DNA of 64,000 bases from an uncultured Verrucomicrobiae bacterium (GCA_963764165.1 CAVXRD010000003.1:1-64000), one strand, 5' to 3'. Positions 17,043 through 26,787 are shown, counted from the first letter of the stretch. Translations and numbers: made by a program. Notes: generated by a model not told the origin, from the sequence alone.

Positions 17043-18965
17043 TCATTTCGAGATTTTCACCAGGCAAACGCCATGGCGGGGGACCGTCGTCGTGAATGCA
17101 TCGGAAAATTGGCCCACGTCGCGCTGCTGCCAGAGGTCCCGGACGACATGGCTTCCAGTCAGGCCAAGCGCGCTCCATTGCGCCGGGATTTCCGCCGCGC
17201 CTTCGCCACGATTGAAAAGGCCGGCCACTTTCGACCCATCCGCCATATCCTTGCTCCACACTTCCAATTCGCCCATCTTCGCTTTGCGGGAGGCTTGCTG
17301 GCCGAGCGCATCTTGATCGACGGCGAGAACTTCGTCATTTGAAAGCAAGCTGAAGGTGAAAGGATCCAATTGCGACATATCCGCTCCAATCAGCAGCGGC
17401 GCGGAAAGCAGGCACCAAAGGCTGACGTGCGTGTATTGTTCATTTGCCGTCAGGCGCGTCGGATGCAATTGGCCCCAGCCGACTTTTCCGACGACCATCA
17501 TGTCGGGGTCGTTCCAGTGTCCCGGGCCCGCCCATTTTTGGTGGCCGTTTTGGTTGAAGCCGATGCCCGACATGCTGCTCCACGAATCGACAATATCGCC
17601 AGTCGTCCGCCAGCAATTGCCGCCGACGTCCGCGCCCCATTCCCAGACATCGCCCATGCCGTACTGGCAGAGGCTGAAAATGATGTCGCGATCCTGTTTG
17701 CGCAACGCCGCGTTCATCACCAGGTAGGGTTTTTGGAAGCGTTCCCGGTCCGGCAGGCTTTTGTCCTGCACTTCGGAGTAGGAGCACCAATCGTACTTGA
17801 GATAGTCAAATCCCCACGCCGCGTATTGCTGGGCGTCCTGTTCTTCGTGCTTCCAACTGGCTTCAAAGCCGGCGCAAGTCTTCGGGCCGGGCGAGGAATA
17901 AATGCCGATCTTCAAGCCTTTGGAATGCACGTAATCCGCCAGCGCCTTCATGTCGGGAAACTTCGCGTTCGATTGAATGAATCCATTGGCGTCGCGCTTG
18001 CCTTCCCAGCAATCATCAATGTTGATGTAAGTCCAGCCATGCTGGATCAATCCGCTCCTGACCATGGCGTCCGCGGCGGAGCGGATTTTTCCGTCATCCA
18101 CCGCGCCGGCGAAACAATTCCAACTATTCCAACCCATGGGTGGAGTAAGGGCAATCTTGTCACCAATAATAATTTTCAATGTCCTGGCAGCTTTGCCCTT
18201 GGGGCCCGATGCCGTTAATTTGACATCGTATTCGCCCGCTTGCGGCACCGCGCCGGTGATCGCGCCCGTCGCACTGTCAAGAGACAGGCCGGCGGGAAGA
18301 TTCTCCGCCGACAAGCGGATCGGAGCGGCGCCGGTGACGGGAACATGATAAAAGAACGGATGGTTTGGCCGCGCCCCAAACACGGCGGAGCCGTTGATGC
18401 GCGGCTGCACCGGAGCGGCGGGGGTGAAAATCACGGCTGGTTCCGGCGGCGTGGATACGGTCTCGGGCGCTTTTTCAGTGAACTCGAATTTTGCGTCAAC
18501 CCAATCGGCATGATCGAAATTAATGCTGTCGCCCGTGGCGGCAACTTTCAGCGACATCATGCGAACGCCCTTCAGGTCCAGGGAGAAGCTCCTGGCCTCG
18601 TCGCCGGGCTTCATGGGGCCGCTTTGCCAGAGGACTTTATTATTGCCGATAATGAAAAATTCGATGCCCGCTTCGTTGTGGCCAATTTCCTCGGAATCCA
18701 ACCCCGCGCTGCCGGAGAATTTGGTCGCGCCATTGACCTTGATGAACATGGCGCTGGAGGCGTGTGTTCCAACGCCGTGTTCGAACGCCGTTTTTCCGAC
18801 CGTCAGCGCGTGCCCGTCCACAGATCGGTTTTGGTGCGCCTCGCCCCAATCCTGTTCGGTTTTGCTGATATCGAGTTGCTCCAGCCAGATGGCATCGGCG
18901 CGCGCCGCCAGGGTGGCGAAGGTTAAGCCGGCGAGAACTCCGGCGCGAAATACTGTCAAATTCAT
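17043..18965 (-). CDS. GH27 alpha-galactosidase with NPCBM and Ig (He_PIG) domains
   Basis: TPPMGWNSWN, YINIDDCW, DYLKYDWC, WRTTGDI and WNDPDMM; N-terminal GVGTHA...DHADW NPCBM. Confidence 0.93.
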   Translation of the reverse strand: MNLTVFRAGVLAGLTFATLAARADAIWLEQLDISKTEQDWGEAHQNRSVDGHALTVGKTAFEHGVGTHASSAMFIKVNGATKFSGSAGLDSEEIGHNEAGIEFFIIGNNKVLWQSGPMKPGDEARSFSLDLKGVRMMSLKVAATGDSINFDHADWVDAKFEFTEKAPETVSTPPEPAVIFTPAAPVQPRINGSAVFGARPNHPFFYHVPVTGAAPIRLSAENLPAGLSLDSATGAITGAVPQAGEYDVKLTASGPKGKAARTLKIIIGDKIALTPPMGWNSWNCFAGAVDDGKIRSAADAMVRSGLIQHGWTYINIDDCWEGKRDANGFIQSNAKFPDMKALADYVHSKGLKIGIYSSPGPKTCAGFEASWKHEEQDAQQYAAWGFDYLKYDWCSYSEVQDKSLPDRERFQKPYLVMNAALRKQDRDIIFSLCQYGMGDVWEWGADVGGNCWRTTGDIVDSWSSMSGIGFNQNGHQKWAGPGHWNDPDMMVVGKVGWGQLHPTRLTANEQYTHVSLWCLLSAPLLIGADMSQLDPFTFSLLSNDEVLAVDQDALGQQASRKAKMGELEVWSKDMADGSKVAGLFNRGEGAAEIPAQWSALGLTGSHVVRDLWQQRDVGQFSDAFTTTVPRHGVCLVKISK

Positions 18966-19116
18966 AGCATTGCTTTATTCAGAAGAGACAGCGTGCCGAT
19001 GCGCCACGAGGAAATCCAGCGAGAACAATCAGCTTTTCGCCTATCGCGTGTTCGGGGTTTATGATCTTGCGGTTCTGGCCGGAACTTCTGAGACTCTACG
19101 TGGTTGAATCAACAGT

Positions 19117-20133
19117 ATGGCCAGCACGAAGCACTCCGATAACAAGAGGGCTCATACCCGAAACGGGAATGGGCGCGCGCTCATCCCAAACGGTTTGAGC
19201 GCCAAGTCCCGCAACGATCCCGTGGCCGCCCAGCCGCCACCCTCGCTGACGATCGAAGTCGCGCGGGACGAGGAGTTCATTCCCACGCCCGAAAAGGATC
19301 GCGCGCCTTACGACGGCGATACGGCCATCAAGCTTTATCTCCGTGAAATTGGGCAGGTCAAATTGCTGACACCCGAGGAAGAGATCACGCTCGCCGCCCG
19401 GATCAAGAAGGGCGACAAAAAAGCGCGCGAGCAAATGATCAAGGCCAACCTGCGCCTGGTTGTCAAGATCGCCCACGACTACGAGAATTTTGGATTGCCG
19501 CTGCTCGACTTGATCAATGAGGGCAACATTGGCCTGATGAAGGCAGTGGAGCGGTTTGATCCTTCCAAAGGAGGCAAACTTTCGACTTACGGCTCGTGGT
19601 GGATCAAGCAATCCATCAAACGCGCTTTGGCCAACCAGTCCAAAACGATCCGCCTGCCGGTGCATCTGGTGGACAAGATTGCCAAGATGCGCCGGACAGC
19701 GATGAAATTGCAGGAAGTTTTTGGCCGCGAACCGACCGACGACGAATTGGCCGAGGAGATGGGTCTCTCGACCAGCCGCGTTTCTCAAATGCGCACCGCA
19801 GCCATCCGGCCCGCTTCGCTTGACGCCCCGATTGGCGACGATGAATCCAATAATTTCGCGGAAGTGGTTGAGGACGAAAACGCAGATTCGCCTTACGAGC
19901 AATTGGAGGAAAAAACCGTCACCAAGATGCTGCGCGAGATGGTGAAGACCCTCGACCCGCGCGAAGCGACGATTTTGGAATACCGTTTCGGCCTGGACGG
20001 CGGCAGCGAAAAAACGCTGGAAGACGTGGGAGCAAAATTTGGCGTGACCCGGGAGCGTGTCCGGCAGATTCAGAATATTGCGCTAAACAAGCTTCGGAAA
20101 ATGATCCAGAAACTTGAGGCTGTTAAAACCTAA
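19117..20133 (+). CDS. RpoD/SigA-family sigma-70 factor (no region 1.1)
   Basis: YLREIG, ANLRLVVKIA, DLINEGNIGLMKAVERFD, STYGSWWIKQSI and VTRERVRQI. Confidence 0.95.
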   Translation: MASTKHSDNKRAHTRNGNGRALIPNGLSAKSRNDPVAAQPPPSLTIEVARDEEFIPTPEKDRAPYDGDTAIKLYLREIGQVKLLTPEEEITLAARIKKGDKKAREQMIKANLRLVVKIAHDYENFGLPLLDLINEGNIGLMKAVERFDPSKGGKLSTYGSWWIKQSIKRALANQSKTIRLPVHLVDKIAKMRRTAMKLQEVFGREPTDDELAEEMGLSTSRVSQMRTAAIRPASLDAPIGDDESNNFAEVVEDENADSPYEQLEEKTVTKMLREMVKTLDPREATILEYRFGLDGGSEKTLEDVGAKFGVTRERVRQIQNIALNKLRKMIQKLEAVKT

Positions 20134-20156
20134 GGTGATGTTTTATTTTTTGCGGC

Positions 20157-20693
20157 ATGACGAATGAGAGTGCCGCCACCGAAAGGATTGCCAGCGCAAT
20201 CCGCAACATACCCGACTTTCCCCAACCCGGAATTCAATTCAAAGATATCACGCCCGTGCTGGCGGATCCTGGGTTGTTTTCCAGTTCCATTGACCTGCTG
20301 ACCAGCCACTTTGAACCCGGCGCGGTGGACGCGGTGGTTGGGATTGACGCGCGGGGTTTCATTTTTGCCGCCGCCGCCGCCTACAGGCTTGGGTGCGGAT
20401 TTGTTCCGGTTCGGAAGAAAGGCAAACTCCCGTTTCAGACGTTTGAGCAGAGTTACGATCTGGAATATGGATCGAATACCGTGGCGATCCACACGGACGC
20501 AGTCAAGCCCGGGAGCCGCGTCCTTCTTGTTGACGATTTGCTGGCGACCGGCGGGACAGCCAGCGCAGCCATCCAGCTTCTCCAGCGCCTCGGCGCGCAA
20601 CTGTTGGAAGTTTCGTTTCTCATTGAATTAAGCTTCCTCAACGGCCGGGAAAAACTGAAAGACGTTCCTGTTCGTTCCCTGATTGTTTATTGA
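20157..20693 (+). CDS. apt: Adenine phosphoribosyltransferase
   Basis: IPDFPQPGIQFKDITP, DARGF, RKKGKLP, YDLEYG and VDDLLATGGT. Confidence 0.97.
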   Translation: MTNESAATERIASAIRNIPDFPQPGIQFKDITPVLADPGLFSSSIDLLTSHFEPGAVDAVVGIDARGFIFAAAAAYRLGCGFVPVRKKGKLPFQTFEQSYDLEYGSNTVAIHTDAVKPGSRVLLVDDLLATGGTASAAIQLLQRLGAQLLEVSFLIELSFLNGREKLKDVPVRSLIVY

Positions 20694-20720
20694 CAGCATG
20701 CGTCGCAACGGAAATCCCAA

Positions 20721-20852
20721 GGCAGGGACGCCTCGCTTGTCGCGCCGAAGCCGCGCGGAGGCGGACCGAGGCGTTCGGGGTGAGGCTGCCTTTATGCGCA
20801 CACCGTGGCATTTTTCACGCGCAACCGGACGCCTCGGCGAGGCGTCCCTACC
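20721..20852. repeat. Inverted REP pair; left REP carries a 30-nt insertion in its loop
   Basis: GGCAGGGACGCCTCG[20736-20765]CCGAGGCGTTC ... GGACGCCTCGGCGAGGCGTCCCTACC (20827-20852). Confidence 0.88.
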
Positions 20853-20876
20853 TTTCCAACGGGCCGTCCAACGCCC

Positions 20877-23090
20877 ATGATCGGCTGGCTCCACTCCATC
20901 GATCTTTGGTTATTTCGGTGGATCAACACGTCCTGGAGCAATCCTTTTTTCGATTGGCTGATGCCGTGCGTCAGCCAGTCGCCGTGGTTTGCGTGCATCC
21001 TCTTTGCCATCGCGCTGGGGATGATTATTCGCGGCGGCGCGCGCGGGCGGGCTTGCGCGATGATGCTCGTGCTCGCCTTGTGCTTTGGCAATTGGATGGT
21101 GGGCGACGCGCTTAAGCACAGCGTGGCCCGGCTGCGGCCTTTTCATGTCGTGCCGGGAGCGCACCTGCGCATTGGGATGGGCGACAGTTACAGTTTTCCT
21201 TCTTCGCACTCGGCCAATTGGTTCAGCGCGGCATTTATCCTTTTCGTTTTCTATCGGCGCTCGATTTTCGTGATGCTGCCGCTGGCGGTGCTGGTTGCGC
21301 TGTCGCGGGTTTACAATGGCGTTCATTATCCGAGTGACATCACCGCGGGAGCGCTGCTCGGCCTAGGATACAGCGTGGCCGTCGTTTGGGGCGCGGCTGC
21401 GCTGTGGGAATGGATCGGGCCGCGATGGTTTCCGTTGTGGTTCCGGCAGATGCCGTCACTTCTGAATCCATCCGTCGCGCCAGCCCCGCCCGAGGCGGAT
21501 CAAGCCGTTAAGAACGCTCAATGGCTGCGCCTGAGTTACGCGTTGATCGTGATTCTGTGCGGGGCGCGCCTCGCATATCTCGCCTTCAGCGGAATCGAAC
21601 TGAGCGAGGACGAGGCGTATCAATGGCTTTGGTCGAAACATCCGGACCTCTCTTATTACAGCAAGCCGCCGATGATCGCCTATGCTCAATGGATCGGGAC
21701 TCATCTGTGGGGCGACAGCGAGTTTGGCGTGCGCTTTCTCTCGCCGATCATTGCGGCGGCGCTGGCCATTCTTGTCTTGCGATTTGTTGCGCGCGAAGTC
21801 CGTGGTCGCGTGGCCTTTGTCCTATTCGTGATAATGACGGTCACGCCAATTCTTGCCTTGGGAGCAACGGTCATGACCGTCGATCCGCTTTCGGTGCTCT
21901 TTTGGACGGCGGCGATGGTGGCGGGGTGGGGCGCGTTGCAACCCACCGGGATGACAAGGCAATGGATTTGGGTGGGAATCTGGACCGGGCTCGGCTGCCT
22001 TAGCAAATGGACCAATTTATTGCAGCCGGTTTGCTGGCTTCTTTTTTTCCTGCTTTGGCCCGCGGCGCGCGCGCATTTGCGGAAGCCGGGGCCATATCTG
22101 GCTCTTTTGATCATGGGACTTTCCTGCCTGCCGGTGTTTTATTGGATGCAGCAGCACCAGTGGATCACGCTCGAACACATCGCCACTGACGGCCAATTGG
22201 ACAAGGCGTGGACAAAGACGTTTGTCTTCCAATTTCTCACCGAACAGGCCCTGGCGCTGCATCCGTTTTTCTTTTTGGCGGCGATGTGGGCGGCGATTGC
22301 GTTTTGGAAACATGGCCGCCGCGATCCGCTCCAGCTTTTTCTTTTTTGCATGGGCGGGCCGTTGTATTTCGGCTGCTTGTTTTTCAGCTTGCACACCCAT
22401 GTGCAACCGAATTGGATCGCGCCCGCCGTCATCCCGCTTTTCTGCCTGATGGCGATTTATTGGTCGCAGCGATGGGAGGGGCGCGAGCGCCTCTTGCAGC
22501 CAATTTTGACCAGCGGCATCGCGCTGGGAGTGGTCACCGTTGTGTTCATGTGCGCCCCAAGTCTTGTCAACAAACTGTTGCATCGCAAGCTGCCGCCAAA
22601 GCTCGATATGCTCCGGCGCGCCCACGGCTGGAAGGAAATGGCGCGCATGGTTGGACAGGAACGGCAAAAGCTCGCCACGAACAGCGAGGCGCCTTTCGTC
22701 ATTGGCGAACATTACGGCTTCACCTCGGAACTTTCCTTTTACATGCCTGATGCAAAACGCGCCGTGAACGGCGAGGCTGTTGTTTATTTCCTGGCCACAG
22801 CTCATCCGCGGAACCAATTTTATTTCTGGCCGAATTACCTTCAGCGGAAAGGCCAGAATGCGATTTTCGTGCGCGAAGTTGACCGGCCAAAGTTGCGACC
22901 AGATTGGTTGTCCCGCTGGTGGGCGCAGGATCCGGATATTTTCCTTCCCGACCAGCCTCAGGCTTCGCCCGCGCCCGCTGAGATTGCGCGCCAATTCGAA
23001 TCGGTCACCGATCTCGGAGTGCATGACGTTGTATTTGACGGAGCGATCCTGCGGCGCTTTCAGGTGATTGAATGCGTCCATCTTCGTTAG
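20877..23090 (+). CDS. PAP2 phosphatase fused to an ArnT/PMT-like (GT-C) glycosyltransferase
   Basis: PAP2 motifs K-x6-RP, FPSSH and SRVYNGVHYPSD, then EDEAYQWLWS, YYSKPPM and many TM helices. Start set at ATG 20877 because the longer ORF runs through the REP. Confidence 0.88.
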   Translation: MIGWLHSIDLWLFRWINTSWSNPFFDWLMPCVSQSPWFACILFAIALGMIIRGGARGRACAMMLVLALCFGNWMVGDALKHSVARLRPFHVVPGAHLRIGMGDSYSFPSSHSANWFSAAFILFVFYRRSIFVMLPLAVLVALSRVYNGVHYPSDITAGALLGLGYSVAVVWGAAALWEWIGPRWFPLWFRQMPSLLNPSVAPAPPEADQAVKNAQWLRLSYALIVILCGARLAYLAFSGIELSEDEAYQWLWSKHPDLSYYSKPPMIAYAQWIGTHLWGDSEFGVRFLSPIIAAALAILVLRFVAREVRGRVAFVLFVIMTVTPILALGATVMTVDPLSVLFWTAAMVAGWGALQPTGMTRQWIWVGIWTGLGCLSKWTNLLQPVCWLLFFLLWPAARAHLRKPGPYLALLIMGLSCLPVFYWMQQHQWITLEHIATDGQLDKAWTKTFVFQFLTEQALALHPFFFLAAMWAAIAFWKHGRRDPLQLFLFCMGGPLYFGCLFFSLHTHVQPNWIAPAVIPLFCLMAIYWSQRWEGRERLLQPILTSGIALGVVTVVFMCAPSLVNKLLHRKLPPKLDMLRRAHGWKEMARMVGQERQKLATNSEAPFVIGEHYGFTSELSFYMPDAKRAVNGEAVVYFLATAHPRNQFYFWPNYLQRKGQNAIFVREVDRPKLRPDWLSRWWAQDPDIFLPDQPQASPAPAEIARQFESVTDLGVHDVVFDGAILRRFQVIECVHLR

Positions 23091-23096
23091 ATCGTT

Positions 23097-23957
23097 ATGC
23101 CGCTCGCGCAGACTTCCTTCGCTGTCAAAAATTATGATTTGTCGATGACGCTGGGTTCCGGCCAGGCGTTTCGCTGGCGCAGGAACGGCGAGGCATGGGA
23201 AGGGGTCATCGGCGCGCGCTGGGTGCGATTGCGTCAGGACGCGGAAGCGATTCACGCAGAAACGGTAACAGTCGATGACGACCGGACTTGGCTCGGCCAC
23301 TACTTGCAAGCGGACATTGATCTTGACGGCATCCTCGCCGCTTTCCCCGATGACGAACCGATGCGCGCCGCCGTCGCGGCATGCCGGGGATTGCGATTGC
23401 TGCGGCAGGAGCCGTGGGAATGCCTCGCCTCCTTCATTTGCTCGTCAACGAAGCAGATCGTCCAGATCGAGCAAATCGTCGATTTGCTCAGCCGGAATTT
23501 TGGCGAACCGGTTCCCGTCCCGCCGGGAGCAAATCCGGTTTGGTCATTTCCGACCGCAGAGCGCCTTTCCAGATGTTCGGAGGCAGAATTGCGGGCGTGC
23601 AAGCTCGGCTTTCGCGCGCCCTACATTTTAGGTGCCGCCAAAAAGGTAGCGTCAGGGGAAATTGACTTGGCCCGGTTGGGCGAACTTCCATTGGTGCAGG
23701 CGAGGGCAGCCTTGACGTCCCTGCACGGCGTGGGAGTGAAAATCGCCAACTGCGTCCTGCTGTTTGCCTACGGATTCCCAGAGGCGTTCCCGGTGGATGT
23801 CTGGATTATGAAGGCGCTGAGTCAACTATACTTCCCGAAGCGGCGACCCAGGCTGCCGAGATTAAGAAAATTCAGCGAGACCCACTTTGCGCCTCACAAC
23901 GGCTACGCGCAGCAGTACCTTTTTCATTACATGCGCACTGTCCGCGCCCAGAGGTAG
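23097..23957 (+). CDS. 8-oxoguanine DNA glycosylase (Ogg1-like, HhH-GPD)
   Basis: TLGSGQAFRW, GLRLLRQEPWECLASFICS, LGFRAPY, GVGVKIANC and FPVDVW. Confidence 0.92.
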   Translation: MPLAQTSFAVKNYDLSMTLGSGQAFRWRRNGEAWEGVIGARWVRLRQDAEAIHAETVTVDDDRTWLGHYLQADIDLDGILAAFPDDEPMRAAVAACRGLRLLRQEPWECLASFICSSTKQIVQIEQIVDLLSRNFGEPVPVPPGANPVWSFPTAERLSRCSEAELRACKLGFRAPYILGAAKKVASGEIDLARLGELPLVQARAALTSLHGVGVKIANCVLLFAYGFPEAFPVDVWIMKALSQLYFPKRRPRLPRLRKFSETHFAPHNGYAQQYLFHYMRTVRAQR

Positions 23958-24008
23958 GGACGCCCCGGCCCCCCTTCGCTAAAGCCACGGAAGGCAGGCG
24001 AGGCGTCG
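23953..24008. repeat. REP with a ~30-nt insertion in its loop; supplies the ogg stop codon
   Basis: GGTAGGGACGCCCCG[23968-23998]CGAGGCGTCG, with TAG at 23955-23957. Confidence 0.75.
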
Positions 24009-24043
24009 CTGCTTTTGATGTTGCGCAAATCCTTGAGCGCCTC

Positions 24044-24511
24044 TTACTTATTCGTTTTGACAGTCGCGGCGGGCGCGTTCGTCGGCTTGGCTGCATTGGT
24101 GCCTGCCGGAGTTGCATCACTGGGCACGGTCAAAAATCCGCCGGAAGGCGCTTGGGGCGCGGAGGGCGCGGTGGAACTTGAAGGAGCCTGCGGAGCGACG
24201 GCTGGCGCAAGGCTGCCTCCCCCTTGTGTCACGGCTTGGGACAGGGCGGCGGCCGAGCTGTTGGTCGTGCGATGGGCGCCCATGACCGCCATGCCGATGG
24301 CCAGCACGAAAAAGACTCCCGCCAGATACTTGGTGATCTTGGTAAGGACGTTGCCCGACCCGGCCCCGAAAAGCGCGTCCGAAGCAGCGCCGCCAAAGGC
24401 CATGCCGGCGCCGGCTTCCTTCTTGGGCAGTTGCGCCAGGACCACAAGGATCAATAAGGCGCAGTTTACGAACATCGCCACCGTCAGCAGATAATAAAAA
24501 AAGGTATACAT
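24044..24511 (-). CDS. secG: Preprotein translocase SecG
   Basis: Two TM helices, LAQLPKKEAGAGMAFGG and GAGSGNVLTKIT. Lies downstream of tpiA and has a Pro/Ala-rich tail. Confidence 0.93.
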   Translation of the reverse strand: MYTFFYYLLTVAMFVNCALLILVVLAQLPKKEAGAGMAFGGAASDALFGAGSGNVLTKITKYLAGVFFVLAIGMAVMGAHRTTNSSAAALSQAVTQGGGSLAPAVAPQAPSSSTAPSAPQAPSGGFLTVPSDATPAGTNAAKPTNAPAATVKTNK

Positions 24512-24518
24512 AATTCTC

Positions 24519-25283
24519 TCAAATCGAGTTTTTGATTATATCAGAAAAACTCCGCGCGTCCAGTGAAGCTCCGCCCACCAAAGCGCCGTCCACATCCGGC
24601 TGGCTCATCAACTCACGGGCATTCCCCGCCTTGACGCTGCCGCCATATTGGATTCGAACACGTTTCGCCACCGCTTCACCAAACATCCCCGCCGCCAATT
24701 TCCTGATGAAGGCGTGCGCTTCCTGCGCTTGGGATGTCGTCGCGGTGCGTCCAGTTCCGATGGCCCAGACCGGTTCGTAAGCGATGATGGTCTCATCCAT
24801 TTGCTCCGGTGTCAATCCGGCAAGGCTGCCTTGGACTTGTGTCGTCAGGACCTTTTCCATCAGGCTGCCTTCCCGCTCCGCCAGCGTTTCACCGACGCAC
24901 ACGATGGGGCGCAGCGACGCCGCATGGGCCGCCAGCGCCTTTTTGGAAATCAGCGCGTCGCTTTCCTTCTGGTATTGGCGGCGCTCGGAATGGCCCAAAA
25001 TCACGTAACGGACGGAGAATTCCTTGAGCATTCCGGCGGCGATTTCGCCCGTGAACGCGCCGTAATTCTGCTCGCTCATGTTCTGCGCGCCGAGGCGGAT
25101 GCCGCTTTCGAGCACTTCCTTGGAGACTTCCGAGAGCGCGGTGAAGGGCGGGCAAACGACCATGTCCACTTCCCTGACGTTGGCCAGTTCGAGTTTCAAT
25201 GATTTGACCAGCGCCACCGACTCGGCGACGGTCTTGTTCATTTTCCAGTTTCCCGCGATGATGAGTTTGCGATCTTTATTCAT
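24519..25283 (-). CDS. tpiA: Triosephosphate isomerase
   Basis: AGNWKMN, GHSERR, AYEPVWAIGTG, YGGSVK and LVGGASL. Confidence 0.98.
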   Translation of the reverse strand: MNKDRKLIIAGNWKMNKTVAESVALVKSLKLELANVREVDMVVCPPFTALSEVSKEVLESGIRLGAQNMSEQNYGAFTGEIAAGMLKEFSVRYVILGHSERRQYQKESDALISKKALAAHAASLRPIVCVGETLAEREGSLMEKVLTTQVQGSLAGLTPEQMDETIIAYEPVWAIGTGRTATTSQAQEAHAFIRKLAAGMFGEAVAKRVRIQYGGSVKAGNARELMSQPDVDGALVGGASLDARSFSDIIKNSI

Positions 25284-25303
25284 TTGGTTGTCCGTTGAAG
25301 TAA

Positions 25304-26560
25304 TTATTTGTCGGAAAGCGCCGCCACTCCCGGCAATTCGCGTCCTTCCAGAAATTCCAGACTGGCCCCGCCGCCGGTGCTCATGAAGGTAACTTTGTCA
25401 CCGAGGCCGGCTTTGTTCAGGGCTTTGACGCTGTCGCCGCCCCCGATGATGCTTTTGGCGCCATTTTTCTGCGTGGCGTCGACAACGGCTTTTGCCACGG
25501 CATTGGTGCCTTCGGCGAAACGTCTGTCTTCGAACATGCCCATCGGGCCGTTCCAAATGATTGTCTTGGCGGAGGCAATCACTTCTGAAAATCGCTTCGC
25601 CGTTTCCGGGCCAATGTCAAACCCTTCCGCGTCGTCGGGAATATCCGCCGCCGTATTGATGCGCGCGTTTTGAATTTCAAACACGGGCTTGCCTTTTTTG
25701 TTCAATTTGCCGGTGTCGACCGGCGTTCCGATCATGTTATCGGTCGGCACCAGAAATTGCACCTTGCGCGCTTTTGCTTTGTCCACCGCCGCCTGGGCGA
25801 CATCGGTTTTGTCGGGCTCAGAGAGCGATTTGCCGACTTTGTGGCCCGCCGCCAATTTGAAGGTGTAAGCCATCGCGCCGCCGATCAAAATCGAGTCGGC
25901 CACCTCGAGCAAACGATCAATGACCTTGATCTTGTCGGACACTTTCGCTCCGCCCAGAATCACGACGAAGGGGCGGGGCGGATTCTCCAATTCGCGTCCG
26001 AGATATTGCAATTCACGCTCCATCAAAAGCCCGGCCGCGCACTTGCCGCCGCGCCTGGCGATGACGCGGGCCACGCCTTCCGTCGAAGCATGCGCGCGAT
26101 GCGCCGCCCCGAAAGCATCGTTGACATAAACATCCGCCAGCCTGGCCAGTTTTTCGGCGAAAGCGGGATCGTTGGCTTCCTCTTCGTTGTAATAGCGGAC
26201 ATTTTCGAGCAGCAAAATTTCACCAGGCTTCAGGGCATTGGCGGCTTTTTCCGCGCCCTCGCCAATGCAATCATCGGCAAACGCCACTGGCTTGCCGGTC
26301 ATTTCGGAGAGCTTCTCAGCGACCGGCTTCAGCGACATCGTCGGCTCTTTTTTGCCTTTGGGGCGGCCGAGGTGCGCCGCGAGAATGACACGCGCGCCCG
26401 CGTCCACCAAAAATTTCAGCGTGGGAAGGGTCTCCTTGATGCGCGTGACATCGTTGATGACCATTTTCCCATCCTTTTCCTCCATCGGAACGTTGTAATC
26501 GACGCGGACGAACACGCGCTGATTGTTGACGTTCAAATCTTTGACACTCAATTTGCTCAT
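25304..26560 (-). CDS. pgk: Phosphoglycerate kinase
   Basis: RVDYNVP, HLGRPKG, LLENVRY, NDAFGAAHRAHAS, GGAKVSDKI and STGGGASLE. Confidence 0.98.
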   Translation of the reverse strand: MSKLSVKDLNVNNQRVFVRVDYNVPMEEKDGKMVINDVTRIKETLPTLKFLVDAGARVILAAHLGRPKGKKEPTMSLKPVAEKLSEMTGKPVAFADDCIGEGAEKAANALKPGEILLLENVRYYNEEEANDPAFAEKLARLADVYVNDAFGAAHRAHASTEGVARVIARRGGKCAAGLLMERELQYLGRELENPPRPFVVILGGAKVSDKIKVIDRLLEVADSILIGGAMAYTFKLAAGHKVGKSLSEPDKTDVAQAAVDKAKARKVQFLVPTDNMIGTPVDTGKLNKKGKPVFEIQNARINTAADIPDDAEGFDIGPETAKRFSEVIASAKTIIWNGPMGMFEDRRFAEGTNAVAKAVVDATQKNGAKSIIGGGDSVKALNKAGLGDKVTFMSTGGGASLEFLEGRELPGVAALSDK

Positions 26561-26621
26561 AAGTCACAGAAGGTTAACTGGCGCGGCGCATGAAACTCAA
26601 CAGCGAAAGCAACAGTTTTAA

Positions 26622-26780
26622 GGTAGACGCCTCGCCGAGGCGACCGAAGCCGTGGCAGTTTTCGAACGCGATATTTTTTGCAGCTTCCGCACTAAAGCTT
26701 TTTGGCCTGCCTATTCCACTGCAAATTCATACGCCTGCAAAACCTCCACGTCCCGGACGCCTTGGCGAGGCGTCCTTACC
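26622..26780. repeat. Inverted REP pair (degenerate)
   Basis: GGTAGACGCCTCGCCGAGGCGACC (26622-26645) ... GGACGCCTTGGCGAGGCGTCCTTACC (26755-26780). Confidence 0.82.
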
Positions 26781-26787
26781 TCAGCAA

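Noticed and set aside
20805..20876. Longer start for the PAP2-GT fusion
   Set aside because: It translates REP sequence; ATG 20877 gives a typical PAP2 N-terminus.
23958..24043. tRNA downstream of secG
   Set aside because: Only REP-derived sequence; no cloverleaf or T-loop motif seen.
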